A DNA stretch of 56,900 nucleotides from Phoronis australis. Lineage: Eukaryota > Animalia > Phoronida. Within the stretch, counting starts at the first letter, position 1; each line of letters opens with the position of its first letter. Below, piece after piece: positions 23,872 through 36,649 of this stretch. The stretch covers positions 1 to 56,900 of the forward strand of contig NMRA01000654.1 of NCBI GenBank assembly GCA_002633005.1. The letters are read 5' to 3'. The notes under the pieces were generated by a model. That model made no database searches. It was given only the letters and a program-made list of their open reading frames with translations, and was not told the DNA's origin. Position numbers and translations under genes: made by a program.

Positions 23872-25193
23872 CTAGTGCTTCGAAACGAAATCCTCTAAAC
23901 TTTTGGCCACATGACCTTTGTAGTTGATTTTATATTTGGTAATGGTCGCCGCTGCCATACACTGAAGGGACCTGTAGTCTACAGGGCAGGCGACATTGTA
24001 AACTTCTTTCCCCAGTACAGTTAGGGCACTCTTGCCTTCTGCGTTACAAGCATCAATGTGCGAGTCCGCCTCTAAGAGAACTCGTACGATATCACCGTAA
24101 AACACGTCGTTTATTGCGCACGTCAACAGCGGTATATTCCCGTCCAGGTCTGTTGCTTTCACTGAAGCTCCAACTGCTAGGAGCAACTTCACAAGATCCA
24201 GCGACGGGAACGCGCAGACAGGATACCGGCCGACGTTTGACGTTTCTTTATCGGCCGCCATATGCAGCAACGTCTGACCCCTGGAGTTACGAGGATTCAG
24301 CTTGACTAGCCGGTATATGAGCTTCTTGAACGAGAGTGTCTCGTCGTCTGACAGTTGAGCCTGTATTCGACAAGAGAGGGACGTTAAGTGCACAACAATG
24401 GTGAGAGTACGATTGAAGTGCGTGAAGTCCCGCTCTCCAATAGGTGTCTCTGCGATCGATTTGATGCCGCGCTGCAGCTCAACCACAGCACGGTCCATGA
24501 CACGATAGACATCAGTGAACGGGATGACCTGGGCAGGTCGCTGACGATGTGTAGTCATCATGAACGCAAAGAGCTCGGCGAAGGAAAGCAGCGAGCTCTG
24601 TGTCATGGCGTTGAGCGGCTCAAGGATCTTCTGTTGCATGTCTAATGCGTACATCCACAGTACGACACACCGTTCAAAGTTGCCCATGTCGGCATAGACT
24701 GCGCCACGATACCGTATATAGTAGGAAGTGTCTGGGTGTGCTGGTCCCAGGATGCGCTCACGCACAAGCAGAGCCTGCATGCGCATGTCGTCGGGGTCGG
24801 AGATGAGCTCGTCCAACTCCTCCACTGTGGATACCTCTACCGCATTCTCGTACGCCTCAACAGGGGGTATATCCTTGGGCTTCTCTATTGGACGTTTTCG
24901 TGGGGAGTGTCGCTCGTCCAGCGCACGCCGCCAGTACTTCAGGGCTCCCATCATGTCACGTTTCTTGTCAACGTAAGTGGCACCCAGAAGTTCCAAGGCA
25001 TCGATTTTCTCGCGTTGACTAATATCCGCTCGCTGTATGAGGTATTCAACAATTTTTGTGTGACCCGTGACACTGGCTGCAAGCAGAGGAGTCATGCCAT
25101 AGGCGTCTTTGTCCATTAACGCACAGTGCTCTAGTAAGAGCTTCATTATATCCAAGCAACCCGATTCGGCACAGTCGTGTAAAGCTGTGTTTC
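23872..25193 (-). CDS. FEM1C: protein fem-1 homolog (FEM1A/C type), coding exon 3 of 3
   Basis: Acceptor tttccAG|GA at 25193 (phase 1) gives GNTALHDCAESG; contains DALELLGATYVDKKRD, MRMQALLVRERILGPAHPDTSYYIRYRGAVYADMGNF, C-terminal ankyrins and VHL-box SLQCMAA; stop TAG at 23872. Confidence 0.96.
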
Positions 25194-25830
25194 CTGGAAA
25201 TGAACAACGACATCACTAAATTATCATGGATATACAAACCAATCCAGAGTTTTGTTTCCGTCTGCCATGGGAAAAGTGTTTTTTTAAGTAAACAGTTTGA
25301 TAAATAGTCTTCACAAAACACAGAATTATAACAGTCTGTGAACATTATCAAAACTCTGAACACCATATTTACCAGTGACAAGCCAAGTGCAGTTACAAAA
25401 CCCAACGAATGGTGAATATTTATAGAAGAAATGGAACAGGTAAGTGGAATTTTCAATAATGGTGGCATGTATTTTATGGTCAGCGACCTCTGAACCCAGT
25501 TTTGATGACCTGGATTTTCATTTCATTTTCGCTAAATCACGCTTGGCAAGTTGGTGTTAAGCTAAGCGTTGAGCCCTGCAGAGGCAAATGCAAAATATTA
25601 AAATTTCCACTAGGGAGCGCATTAGTGGTCAGTTACATGCAGAAGACAGTAACTACCGTCGTCAGCTCCATAGGAATACGTTGGCCAACTTTTATACAGA
25701 TTCTCCGAAAGGTTTTGGAAATACACAGTGGACGCTGGGGGAGAGAACGGCCGGAGAATAGATGATGGCAATATGCATTCCCATAATGTGTACATGGACG
25801 CATGAAAATGGGGTGACTTTAGACTATAAC

Positions 25831-26319
25831 CAAGGCTTGGAATTTTCCGCGGAAACGCGGATTTCCGCTTTTTTCAAATGTTCTGTCCGCGTATTTTATT
25901 ATATTTACGCGTAAAAAAAATCGGATTTGATCTAAAATTTCCGCAGCAAATTTCTTTCTTGCCGCGGCGTTGCCGACGACTTTCACCTCGAAAAGCTGAA
26001 GTTGCTCGTTATGTTTTGGAGGAACGTAAATTGTCAACATTGCCGGGGCACCTGAGATAGCGTGGTGGATTTCTTCAATGGCATTTCATGTGACTGTAAA
26101 TCGCAGTGACAAATACTACGACTCTGCAGCCAAAAATGTGTGGAGGTGGGAGTGGACGGACAAGCTAAAAAGACGCAGACGCACGCTTCTGGAGGTGTTT
26201 TTTTTATATTCCCGATTTTTATCGGCAAAAGTCCACACCGACATTTTCAAGGCTGGGTGCGCGCATGTTCAGGGCCGTAAAGATTTCCGCTTTTTTGTCA
26301 TGGGTCATTCCAAGTCCTG
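25831..26319 (+). mobile_element. ~490-bp non-autonomous DNA transposon (family D, 6-bp TSD) in a fem-1 intron
   Basis: TIRs CAAGGCTTGGAAT ... ATTCCAAGTCCTG; flanks TATAAC/TCTAAC; a second copy lies at 36650-38095. Confidence 0.85.
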
Positions 26320-26743
26320 TCTAACATTTGGCGAAACATTGGAAAATCCAGGAATTTTCCATTGCGCTATTCCTGGACATCACCTCATAGGTAAACAAAA
26401 ATCCTGGTACTAAATTGCACTTCCATTACAATCACAATTTTGGAAATTTTAATTTCCTTCTAATAGGCACCAAAATTTAAAAGGATACTAATCCCTGGTT
26501 TAATGACTTCAACCAATTCTCATTTTGCCACCTCCTAAGGCACCATTGGCATCAATCTTGCAAGTTAAAGGCAGAAATTAACTAAAAACTCATACTTCCT
26601 ATGATTGGATATTATGGTCCTTGGTCTTGTCCTACAGCTGCCCTGTGTAATTCTCTCAAAGCATAAGTCATGCTTGCTCATTTATCAGACTTTTCTGAAT
26701 GTTTTCCAAACTTTTGAGGGTTGTCGATGGTCACAGGGCATTA

Positions 26744-27220
<477 letters not shown>

Positions 27221-27653
27221 CTAAAAGCATTAGGTCACAACAGTTTCGTGCCAACTTTGATCCTTTCACAGTTTTCGTAAAAACGAGTCCATTATCTCCG
27301 TGGCAGTGCAACTGAGGAGCTGTGAGAAACATGTATGCTGCACTTTCAACAAAATAACATTAAATGAAACATCAGCCAAAGATGATTTGGAATACAGTTG
27401 AGTAAACGAGAGTCCACTAGGTGGTGCTAGAAAAACCCAGCACCACCTCGCTTTCTTAAAAACTCATTGCTTCATTACCTAGTCATCCAAACAATTGAGA
27501 ACCAGCATATAAATCTTAGAGACCACAAAATCGTCACATTCTGGAGAGCAGGACTTCACAGGATTGTTTTCTTTCAGTCTATTCTGGTGTGCAAGGAGTA
27601 TGATATAAATAAGCCCCTCCCGACACAGTCTATAACAATTTTTTTCATTATAC

Positions 27654-27952
27654 CTGACAATGTCGATGTGTCCAGCTGCAGCGGCACACCACAGTGGCGG
27701 AGCGCCATCTATTGTCTCCCCATCGAAAGTCACACAACCGGCGTGCTCGAGATCAGCATGGCAGTGGCGGACGAGGTACTCAGCCACCTCATAATGACCA
27801 TTGCGGCACGACATGATGAGGGGCGTGGCACCATTGGTTTTGGCCTCGACTAGCTGTTTGACCTCGTCCCTGGGTCGAGGCTCTAAATAGATCTTTAGCC
27901 GAGTAATCTTGCCGTCGCGTGCGGCGTTGAATACTATACTGCGATACTCCAT
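27654..27952 (-). CDS. FEM1C: fem-1 homolog, coding exon 1 of 3
   Basis: MEYRSIVFNAARDGK...TFDGETIDGAPPLWCAAAAGH; donor CAG|GTATAA at 27654; acceptor tttcctttcAG at 27990 implies an upstream UTR exon. Spliced CDS 299+245+1322 = 1866 nt = 621 aa. Confidence 0.95.
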
Positions 27953-30003
27953 GCTTAACAGTGAGCGCCACCCATCAGCTTTGTCTAGAGCTGAAAGGAA
28001 ATGTACGACGAAGGTGTAACATACTTTAAGCTAACTGCGACACACCACGATGGTCACACTGAAAGTTACTCAACTGCTGAGGTTGAGACAATAAACAATT
28101 TCCAAATTCCAATTCCAATTTTTAAAAAAATCCCAAAATTTTCATTCTACTACAGTACTGGTTGGTACACCAACCTCCGTTACTAGCTATCACCGCAGAA
28201 GGTAGGTCGACAAGTCTCATGGGTAACGTGCTATCTGAAGATTTTCTCTGGAAGCCGGAGAAAACTTTTCAGTGAAAACATACTGAAAGGTAGAAGACAC
28301 AGTCAAACATAGCATATGTGATCAATACAACCTTTCAGGATTTTATCAAACAATTTTCTTTTATGCTTTTTAATCTTATAACAAAACGCACTTGTTTATG
28401 AACTCCAACAAATGACTACTTTTACACAGGATGTCAATAACTTGTAGCCATTTATATTAAATCTACGTATCATTAAATATCGCATGTATGAACGTCAGCA
28501 GTCAGCACCTCACTCCTCAAATGGCAGCCTCCCTTTCAAAACTACTCGGGAATTACAAACTACCAAACAACTATGAATAGTTTTTCCTTAGATGTTTTAT
28601 TCATTACTATCCATGAATCAGCCACTGGAAATGAATACTCAACACCAGGGGACCAAACACCACAGCCCTTGGGGAATCTGGTCCATGTGTTGTCTGTATT
28701 ATTCTCAGCGTGAGTCAAGTTCAGGGGTGTGGAACGATATGGAATTTGTATCACAGCTTTGAGGTTTGGAGGTCCAGGCAGGGGTACAGAGGGTTGAAAC
28801 TGGAATTCAGAGGCGATGACCCAATTCCTCTCCATTGTAGTATTTATCGGTTGAATGACCCAAACCATCTCCATTGCAGCATATATCGGTTGAATCAAAC
28901 CCTGCCCATGACATTGCCATGTCTAGCCTCAAGTCTAGTAAACTTTTAATAGCACTCACAGGAAGTAACATGCAAGGTCCCTTCACCATATTTTGTCCTT
29001 GTTCAGTAACTAGTCTTTATGACTCTGACAGATAAGTGCAACAGTAATCTAAATACTCAATTGTAAGTTCCCTTGAACATAATCAATAAATACGGTAAAG
29101 AAGTGGCTTTAATTTATTTTTCAAATATAAACATCCGTTGAGCGTTTAAATTTAAGATTACTCGACTGATTCAATCCAGTATGTAAGCAATGGGATTTGC
29201 TTGGCCAAATGCTAAAAAAATGATGATCTTATTTTGGACAGTTGACCTACAAAATTTGACTAATGACAACACAACATTAAAAGGCATGTAATCATCGTAC
29301 ATAGGGTCTGCTCTCGTCTCAGCGTGTTAGCAAGCAGGATGCTGGGTATAGGACAAGACCAAGGCCAAGGCCATCTGACATCATAGGCAATACACCACCT
29401 GTGAATGGGCCTGTTATGGAGCTGTTAAACTGATTTTCCTTTTGATTGATAAAGTAAAGTAGGTCTATACTAAACAATATGAATAATAGATTGGGTGTAA
29501 ACACACAGGCAAAACTGCACTTATCTCCCCTTTATTGTTTGTCCTAAATATGCAAATTATAGATCCCTTGACCAAAAAAAGTTCTGACCTTAGCAGTGAG
29601 AAAACATAGCAGTCAATGGACAAATTTTAATATATGGCTAAATAAATTGCCCTGGCAATAAGATTGAATTTAGCTTAACAGCACGTGTAAGGAATCAAGG
29701 AACATATAAAAAGGGTTGTTTACTAACAGGTACCAGTACAGGACCCGATGACTTAAGAGGGTAATTTTTTTAGTCGACGGGAAAATCACCCAGAAACCAC
29801 CACTGACATAACAGACTAGTACCTAGCAGAGACGATACGTTGTCATGAAGGAAATATCGCTCCTGGTAAATAGCATTCCTAAAGTAACCCGATGTGCATC
29901 GGCGGTTTTGTGAATACCTCATTTCAGTTCTTAGACATGAACTAGGGTCCTTGGGTAAACTAGGATTCCTGCCAAAGAATATTGTCACTACAAAAGTAGG
30001 ACC

Positions 30004-31278
30004 AATGTTTTTGGTAAAAAAGTACTGTAGAGATGCTTTGTTTGTACTAAATTGCCAGTGTTATGTTACGTTAACTACACATTTAGAAACTCGTCGGGGT
30101 AAATCATTTCATGTTTCACATCTAGGACCGCAGAAATAGGTATCTAGTATGAAATAAGTTTTCTACCGGGAAATTTAAATTGCCTGGGATTTAGACATTT
30201 AATCAAAAAGCAGTCATTCAAAATGTGGCATAATTTACTTATCAATTAACACCTCTGTTCAGTATTTGGTTAATGGACAAACAAACGGATGAAAAATTTT
30301 AAGTATCATTTCCTACGTGCCGCTGTGGGTGGACGAAGTGTGTGAAAAAGAATGTTTATATTACCATCATCAATGCCCGTCAACCCTACCAGGGTATAGG
30401 CCACGAATCAGAGATTTCCATTTTGTTCTGTCCTAGGCGCTGACTGAGAAATAAAAGAGCCATAAAACTGTTTTGAGTTCAAAGGTGCAGACAATTCAGT
30501 GAAGTAGCTAGCTGACTGTAGCTGACTGTAGCATTCGAGTGTATTATAGAGAATGACAAGCAGTCATAGTTTCCCCGATAGTACAACATTGTTTGTATAC
30601 ACATGTGAGGTCAGACATGAATGATTTTTACCAAGAACACCGTATNAATGTTTTTGGTAAAAAAGTACTGTAGAGATGCCTTGTATGTACTAAATTGCCA
30701 GTGTTATGTTACGTTAACTACACATTTAGAAACTCGTCGGGGTAAATCAATTCATGTTTCACATCTAGGACGGCAGAAATAGGTATCTAGTATGAAAGAA
30801 GTTTTCTACCGGGAAATTTAAATTGCCTGGGATTTAGACATTTAATCAAAAAGCAGTCATTCAAAATGTGGCATAATTTACTTATCAATTAACACCTCTG
30901 TTCAGTATTTGGTTAACGGACAAACAAACGGATGAAAAATTTTAAGTATCATTTCCTACGTGCCGCTGTGGGTGGACGAAGTGTGTGAAAAAGAATGTTT
31001 ATATTACCATCATCAATGCCCGTCAACCCTACCAGGGTATAGGCCACGAATCAGAGATTTCCATTTTGTTCTGTCCTAGGCGCTGACTGAGAAATAAAAG
31101 AGCCATAAAACTGTTTTGAGTTCAAAGGTGCAGACAATTCAGTGAAGTAGCTAGCTGACTGTAGCATTCGAGTGTATTATAGAGAATGACAAGCAGTCAT
31201 AGTTTCCCCGATAGTACAACATTGTTTGTATACACATGTGAGGTCAGACATGAATGATTTTTACCAAGAACACCGTAT
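30004..31278 (+). repeat. ~640-bp tandem duplication around a single N (30004-30645 / 30647-31278)
   Basis: Near-identical copies differing by a few SNPs and a 10-bp GCTGACTGTA duplication; probable haplotype artefact. Confidence 0.93.
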
Positions 31279-32044
31279 TTCCCATGAATGACGTCTTCGA
31301 TCTATTCTGACTCATGATCGGTCTTGAATATTAAGCAATGACGGCTGGTCCGCACAACAAGGGTACAGATTGGTCCTCTCGTCACAATAACTGTCTTTTA
31401 CTTTTTAGGATAATTATTGTAAATGCCCCCTAGGTAATGGCAACTTATTCTAAATCTCCGTAAAAGGCAGATGGGTGGGTCCCTGATTTAAAGTTGATTT
31501 GAAAAACAGTTTCTACCACTGAATAACATGCTTCATTCAATGGCAGTAACTGGTTCTCAAACCACGGACCCAAAATCTCACTCACTATCTATGTATGTAT
31601 ACTATAGTTGTACTGCTGCTGTTAGTTGTTAGTAAATGAGCAACTGAACGAAGGACTGCTCGAAGGAAAAGTTTGATTACAGGAGTATTTGCTCGAGTTG
31701 AAAGGAATTAAAGACATCGGTAGCCTGCTAAGGTGTCCCTCTTTGTACAAAAAGTACTTTTAACTGGAGATGGTGGTCACTGTCTGTCCGATTCTGTGAC
31801 ACAAAAATATCACCTGATTGTCTTAACGAATAATTTCAATTCCAAGTTGACGCATTCGCGATCTTGAGACAAAGCAGGATTCCTAGTTCACGCAAAACAT
31901 CACTGTCACTGTCACTAGTGTCGGTTACAGCTCCAAACAACCACAAACTATGGTTAATAATTCATTTTAAAAAAGAAAGTCGTCTGGTTGAAGAAAGGAA
32001 GTGACAAACATGTCACACGGCCTTGGGTTATTCATATTGGATGT

Positions 32045-32095
32045 GATATTTCCTCGACCTCATATCGACAGTCGATATGAGGTCGAGGAAATATC
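32045..32095. repeat. perfect palindrome, 25-bp arms with 1-nt spacer
   Basis: GATATTTCCTCGACCTCATATCGAC-A-GTCGATATGAGGTCGAGGAAATATC. Confidence 0.95.
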
Positions 32096-32382
32096 GACTC
32101 ACATAGTTTTAGTTAACAGATAAAATTTGGCTGCATTTTTCTATCTTACGGTGTCAAGATGTCTCCTAAATTCCAATATACAATAAAAATATGCAACAAA
32201 GTAAACCAATCAGATAGAACCTACGGAAAACGCCACGAAATTCTTTTCCTTTCGTCGCCTCCTCGGAAATAATTTCGTCCTTGACCTTGACAAAAATGTC
32301 AACATTATGAAATGCTGTTTAAGTTTATTATTCACAAAAACATGTAAAAAACATATTGAATGCTTCTATTTCTACGTATTAC

Positions 32383-32818
32383 CTTTGAATTATCTTAATC
32401 TATCATAAATTTATCAAAACGTAGTTTTGGATTTTATGTTTGCATTGCCACCTGGCGGTTGAAGACTTCAATCTCGTTGTAAAAAGCGGATGAGAGAGTT
32501 ATAAAAGTGTACCGTACTGGAGTCGAGCACCATCTTCAGCACCTTCATGTGATTGGCCCAAATCTTGCGAGAAGTGGAAATTTGATGGCTACTTCAAATA
32601 ACCGTTATAACGTGAAGAATTTCAGTCTCTTTCTTATATATTGGCGGAGTTTCCTTTAAACTTGATGACGCAGAAGTATAGCATTTATATTGATTGTGAA
32701 TATCTGCGCAATTAAAGTGGATAAAATTGATCACAGTGCCTTGAATGTTTCAAGAAAATTTCCGTGCTCNCAATCTCGTTGTAAAAAGCGGATGAGAGGT
32801 GCGATGTAAAAGTAAGTA
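32383..32818. promoter_or_regulatory. candidate bidirectional promoter for fem-1 (-) and C1orf43 (+), with a CTCF-like motif
   Basis: Divergent genes, both needing a 5' UTR exon; minus-strand donor CAAAG|GTAATA at 32383, plus-strand donor AAAA|GTAAGT at 32811; TTGCCACCTGGCGG at 32445-32458 between them. Confidence 0.45.
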
Positions 32819-33354
32819 AAATGTTTATTTTACATCGATACAGGAAAACACAGAACAAAAGAAACACTTTAAAATATAACATTGAATCTGACCGAATACA
32901 TTTTGTTGACTAGTCTGGAAAATGTATAAGTAAAAACTCTGAGTACAACAGATAACGGTGGTAAGTACACCAACACTGTGACTTATATGATATGTGTGAC
33001 TATGTAAAACTAAAAGTCATAAAACCATCTAAAAAAAGTCTACCACAACTCCAGCCTGTATGCTGCAAAATAACCTCGTTTTTGTTTTCCACTTCCTTCT
33101 AATTTTGCCAAAAACTAATATGATGTAGTGTGATTGCAGTGGTAGTTGTGGTCTTTTAAATGGTTATCAGTTCTTAATTACTCATGATAATACCAAAGCC
33201 CAAATAGAGCCCATTGAGTGGTTGAATGCAAAGTTAACTAATCGATTTATTCCTTCCTGAAGTTTGAAATGTAGACATAATGTTATTTACTCTGTGTAAG
33301 ACTTTTAACATATGTTGAAACTCTGGTTTACAGCACATGGTTTAATGTGAAAGG

Positions 33355-33459
33355 ATGTCCAGTGCTACCACTGCGTCCCTGAAGCCCACTCCGGCAACTG
33401 CTAACGACACTCAAGTATCTCTCGTTAGCCTGGTGCTGTTTGCTGCATCGGGACTTTTG
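33355..33459 (+). CDS. C1orf43: C1orf43 / NICE-3 family protein, coding exon 1 of 7
   Basis: MSSATT...VSLVSLVLFAASGLL then |GTAATT (phase 0); matches the family's N-terminal hydrophobic segment (human LSGVNVVLVMAYGSL); acceptor at 33333 upstream. Total CDS 1065 nt = 354 aa. Confidence 0.8.
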
Positions 33460-35023
33460 GTAATTTGTCTTTTCACTTGGTGTTGCTTTGTCGAAGTTAT
33501 TTCAAAGTTTTCAGTATCTGAACCACTGCAAATCTTGTTTCAAAGTTGAATTCAATCTTCTGAGTGATTGTAAAAAAGAACTGAAACCTAATACTGGACT
33601 TGCATTTCAAATGAGTGATGTTACATCCCCATCGCAAGGACATTTACTAGCTAATGCAATGGTGGCGTTCGACTGACGACTTAATCTATGTGGAATGAAA
33701 TCCAGCGCTTGATCCCACGTGTTGGAATGTTGGAATGTTAATTTGCCTTGGCAATTCAACACATTTGTCGATGAATTTCTTAACCCCACGTTTGAATCAG
33801 TATTTTCTCATGATCCAAAATGGTGTCAATGAATGTCCTGCAGTCATGATATGCGTGAAAATGGCGGAATCATACGTAACTCTTTAACTAGGCCGGCGGT
33901 GCTGGTTCATTCTGCTTTTGGGAGACTGTTTGGTACATTCACCAATTGCTTCTGAGCCCTTGCTGATCTGAAGTGCTGAGCTATATACGTAACCAGAGGT
34001 GCCTTGTGGAGGGCTTCACTTGTGGAGTGTTCTCCACAACACAATTCAAACTAGACTAGAAGTATGACATTCAAGTATGTGTTCAAAAGTCCATGTCCAT
34101 GTTGTGGGGAGTTTGTGTGCTAAGTCTTGGAATAAATGCGTTGAGCTGGTACCAAAAGCCCAAATGACCTAATGACCTATTAAATAAGAAATGACTAATC
34201 TCCCTATACTTCAAACTCGTTGCATCGAATTTCAAACGTGGCGAAAGTACGCCAAACTCGCCATGACCAAATCAAACTCAATGTAGTTATGAGTCAAAGT
34301 AGGCTGTGATGAACAGTGCTATTTCAAAGAGGGGGATTTACTCCTACCCTGTGAATGAGGCATACTGATACTACCTTTCTTTTATGGCAGAAATTTAATC
34401 TCCAAACTTGAACTACCATTTATCTTAATCTGTAGTGAATCTCTGGCCATTTTGCATAAGCTCAAGATAATGCATGGATCCCCAAGGTGAGTGTCTTGGA
34501 TATTGTTTTCAATTACAAAATGATTTGTATGGGAGAGAACATTATACAAGTTTGCACTTGGTGAGCTAAAAACTTGAGTTCATATTCAAGATTCAACTTG
34601 AATTTGTAGCTTGATGCTAACATTATCAAGGGTGAAATATCTCGAATTATGCACATATTTGCTCATCAAAGACACTCAATCTCATTTGGGAATTTATGCT
34701 ACTGTAGAATTAAAAATAATAGCAAATGAGTTCATAAACTGAGGTGAGTAACCCCCCGAGCATGTACTTAGATCCAAAGTGTGACCATATTTTGGCAGGA
34801 ATCAAGACATCCACCATTGCTGGTATAGTCTTGGGCACAAGCAGACCATATTGCTCCCTGTTCATTGAAAAATGTTAAGACTATCATTCAGTGCACATTT
34901 TGTGTCATCTATCCATCACCCTGCTGTACACTGTCACCGCTCACCATTCTGTTTCTTGTGCTTTTATTCTAACCTGATTTTTGTCCGCAGATAATTGTAG
35001 AACAATTTTGTTTGTTTTTGTAG

Positions 35024-35125
35024 GTGTTTGTTATTATCTTCTGGTTCGTGAAACGTCAGATTAATCGTTTTTCTCTGAAATCCCGCCGGGAGCCGCACAG
35101 ACCGATTGGCTCAGATGCACCTGTG
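35024..35125 (+). CDS. C1orf43: C1orf43 homolog, coding exon 2
   Basis: tttttgtAG|VFVIIFWFVKRQINRFSLKSRREPHRPIGSDAPV|GTATGC; matches the family motif FVKRQIMRFAMKSRRGPHVPVG..AP. Confidence 0.92.
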
Positions 35126-35290
35126 GTATGCATGTTGTAACAGATATCTGTTGTCACGGTGATGTTCTGTCAGTAAAGTCTTACCATACTAGGACACAGT
35201 GGACAAGTGAATTTCTTTCATTTTCTCATTAGTAGATCGGAATAAATGCTTTGTCATTTCACCTTTTACAACTCGGGGGTCACTCTTATT

Positions 35291-35550
35291 GACAATTTGC
35301 CCACTGGCGTGTACCAAAAATTGCGTGTAGGCAGTACTTTTTCAGCAAGTTTTGTGGGATCCGCGCAGGGTCCAATAGGCCCCTAAATTTTTCATCTCCG
35401 CAAAGGCCCACTGCATTGACCTCATTCCCACAAAAGGTGCGTCTTCCTACAGAAAAATCTACTCTGCAAAAGGGGGTGAGAATTAGCAGACCTGATACCC
35501 ACTATAGGGGGTCTCTCAGCAATTTTCGGTACACGCCTGCGGGCATTGTC
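35291..35550. mobile_element. ~260-bp MITE
   Basis: Inverted ends GACAATTTGCCCACTGGCGTGTACCAAAAATTG / CAATTTTCGGTACACGCCTGCGGGCATTGTC. Confidence 0.6.
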
Positions 35551-35849
35551 CTTGTAAGTAAAATCTGACTCTGATATTTGTCATCTGTTGACATGAATTT
35601 TGCTCCTAATAAAGTCAGAACATCTTTTATAATGTTTATAGGAGTTTAGAAAAGTGTCCAAATGTGGCTAACTTCAGAACATCATATCTCAGAAATGGCT
35701 GATCGGATTAATTTGAAACTTTGCACTGTCCTCCAAATTACTTTTAGGATTATTGTTTTTAAAATGTTCCACTTTTTATATGAGGGGTATTAAAAATAGG
35801 ACTTTTATAATTTTCATGAAAATAACTCTTCATTAATCAAAAACCAAAC

Positions 35850-36010
35850 AAAAATAGAAAACTGTTACAGCGTTTTTGAGATTTTATCTTGAGCATTTAT
35901 ATCAAACAAAATTTATCCAGTCGTGTTCTTGATGACGTTTTTCAATGAATGTACATTTCTTTTTTGCTAAATTTTAGTTAAAGCACATGGTCACGTGTAC
36001 CAATCAAATT
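35850..36010 (+). repeat. interspersed repeat fragment shared (inverted) with 51150-51340
   Basis: TTTCTTTTTTGCTAAATTTTA.T.AAAG.AC.TGGTCACGTG and TTACAGCGTT.TTGAGATTT blocks match the reverse complement of 51157-51330. Confidence 0.6.
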
Positions 36011-36083
36011 CTTAGCTAAATACATTACACAGCCTTTTCGATAAGGTCCTACTTAATCTAATGATGATGTGCTTCTGTTGTAG

Positions 36084-36195
36084 GCCCTTAGGCGAGAGAT
36101 CCAGAGAAGGCTGAATGCCACAACCAGTGTCAAGTATGAGCCGAAGCTTCTACGTGAAGAGGAGGCCTCACGCCTGAGACAGGCAACAAAAAATG
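36084..36195 (+). CDS. C1orf43: C1orf43 homolog, coding exon 3
   Basis: ttgtAG|ALRREIQRRLNATTSVKYEPKLLREEEASRLRQATKN-G|GTAGTT; family motif EI..RL.....KYEP.LL. Confidence 0.9.
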
Positions 36196-36649
36196 GTAGT
36201 TTGAAATTGTTCTCTCATCAATGGCCACGTCCTGAATTCAACTCTCCTAATTCGCAGAGGAAGAAAAACAGATTGGATGATTGGCCGAGGTTTTGAAACA
36301 CTTGACCATTGCGCGGTGCCTGACCAAGCGTGTCAGATTCTTTGGTGTCTTTATTGCAACTCTATTGGCCTTAGAGCAACGGATGGTAAAATAGTGATTA
36401 GCAGAGGGAAAAGTTTTATGCGTATGCTAGCAGTCAGACTGGCACTGTGGCATTTGGGGATGCGCCTATTGTAGCAGAAAGCATGACTGATTGCAGACCA
36501 ATTACACACCTTAGTGTAGGGAAAATGTTTGATTGATTCTCAGTGGTGGATTTAGAGGGGGTCCATGGCCCCCCTAAAATTCTCCCACGGCAGATTCCAC
36601 TTGGCAGTTGGAGGGTGAGAATGTCTGATGGGCAAAATTCTGGCTAATA

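Noticed and set aside
23860-23880. stop-codon readthrough of fem-1 (reported for human FEM1B)
   Set aside because: This is an A/C-type paralog and the TAG-GTT context is not a known readthrough motif.
24114-25119. several plus-strand ORFs
   Set aside because: Antisense shadows of the GC-richer fem-1 exon 3; no recognisable domains.
30004-31278. 640-bp tandem duplication as a real genomic duplication
   Set aside because: The junction is exactly a single N and the copies differ like alleles; most likely an uncollapsed haplotype overlap.
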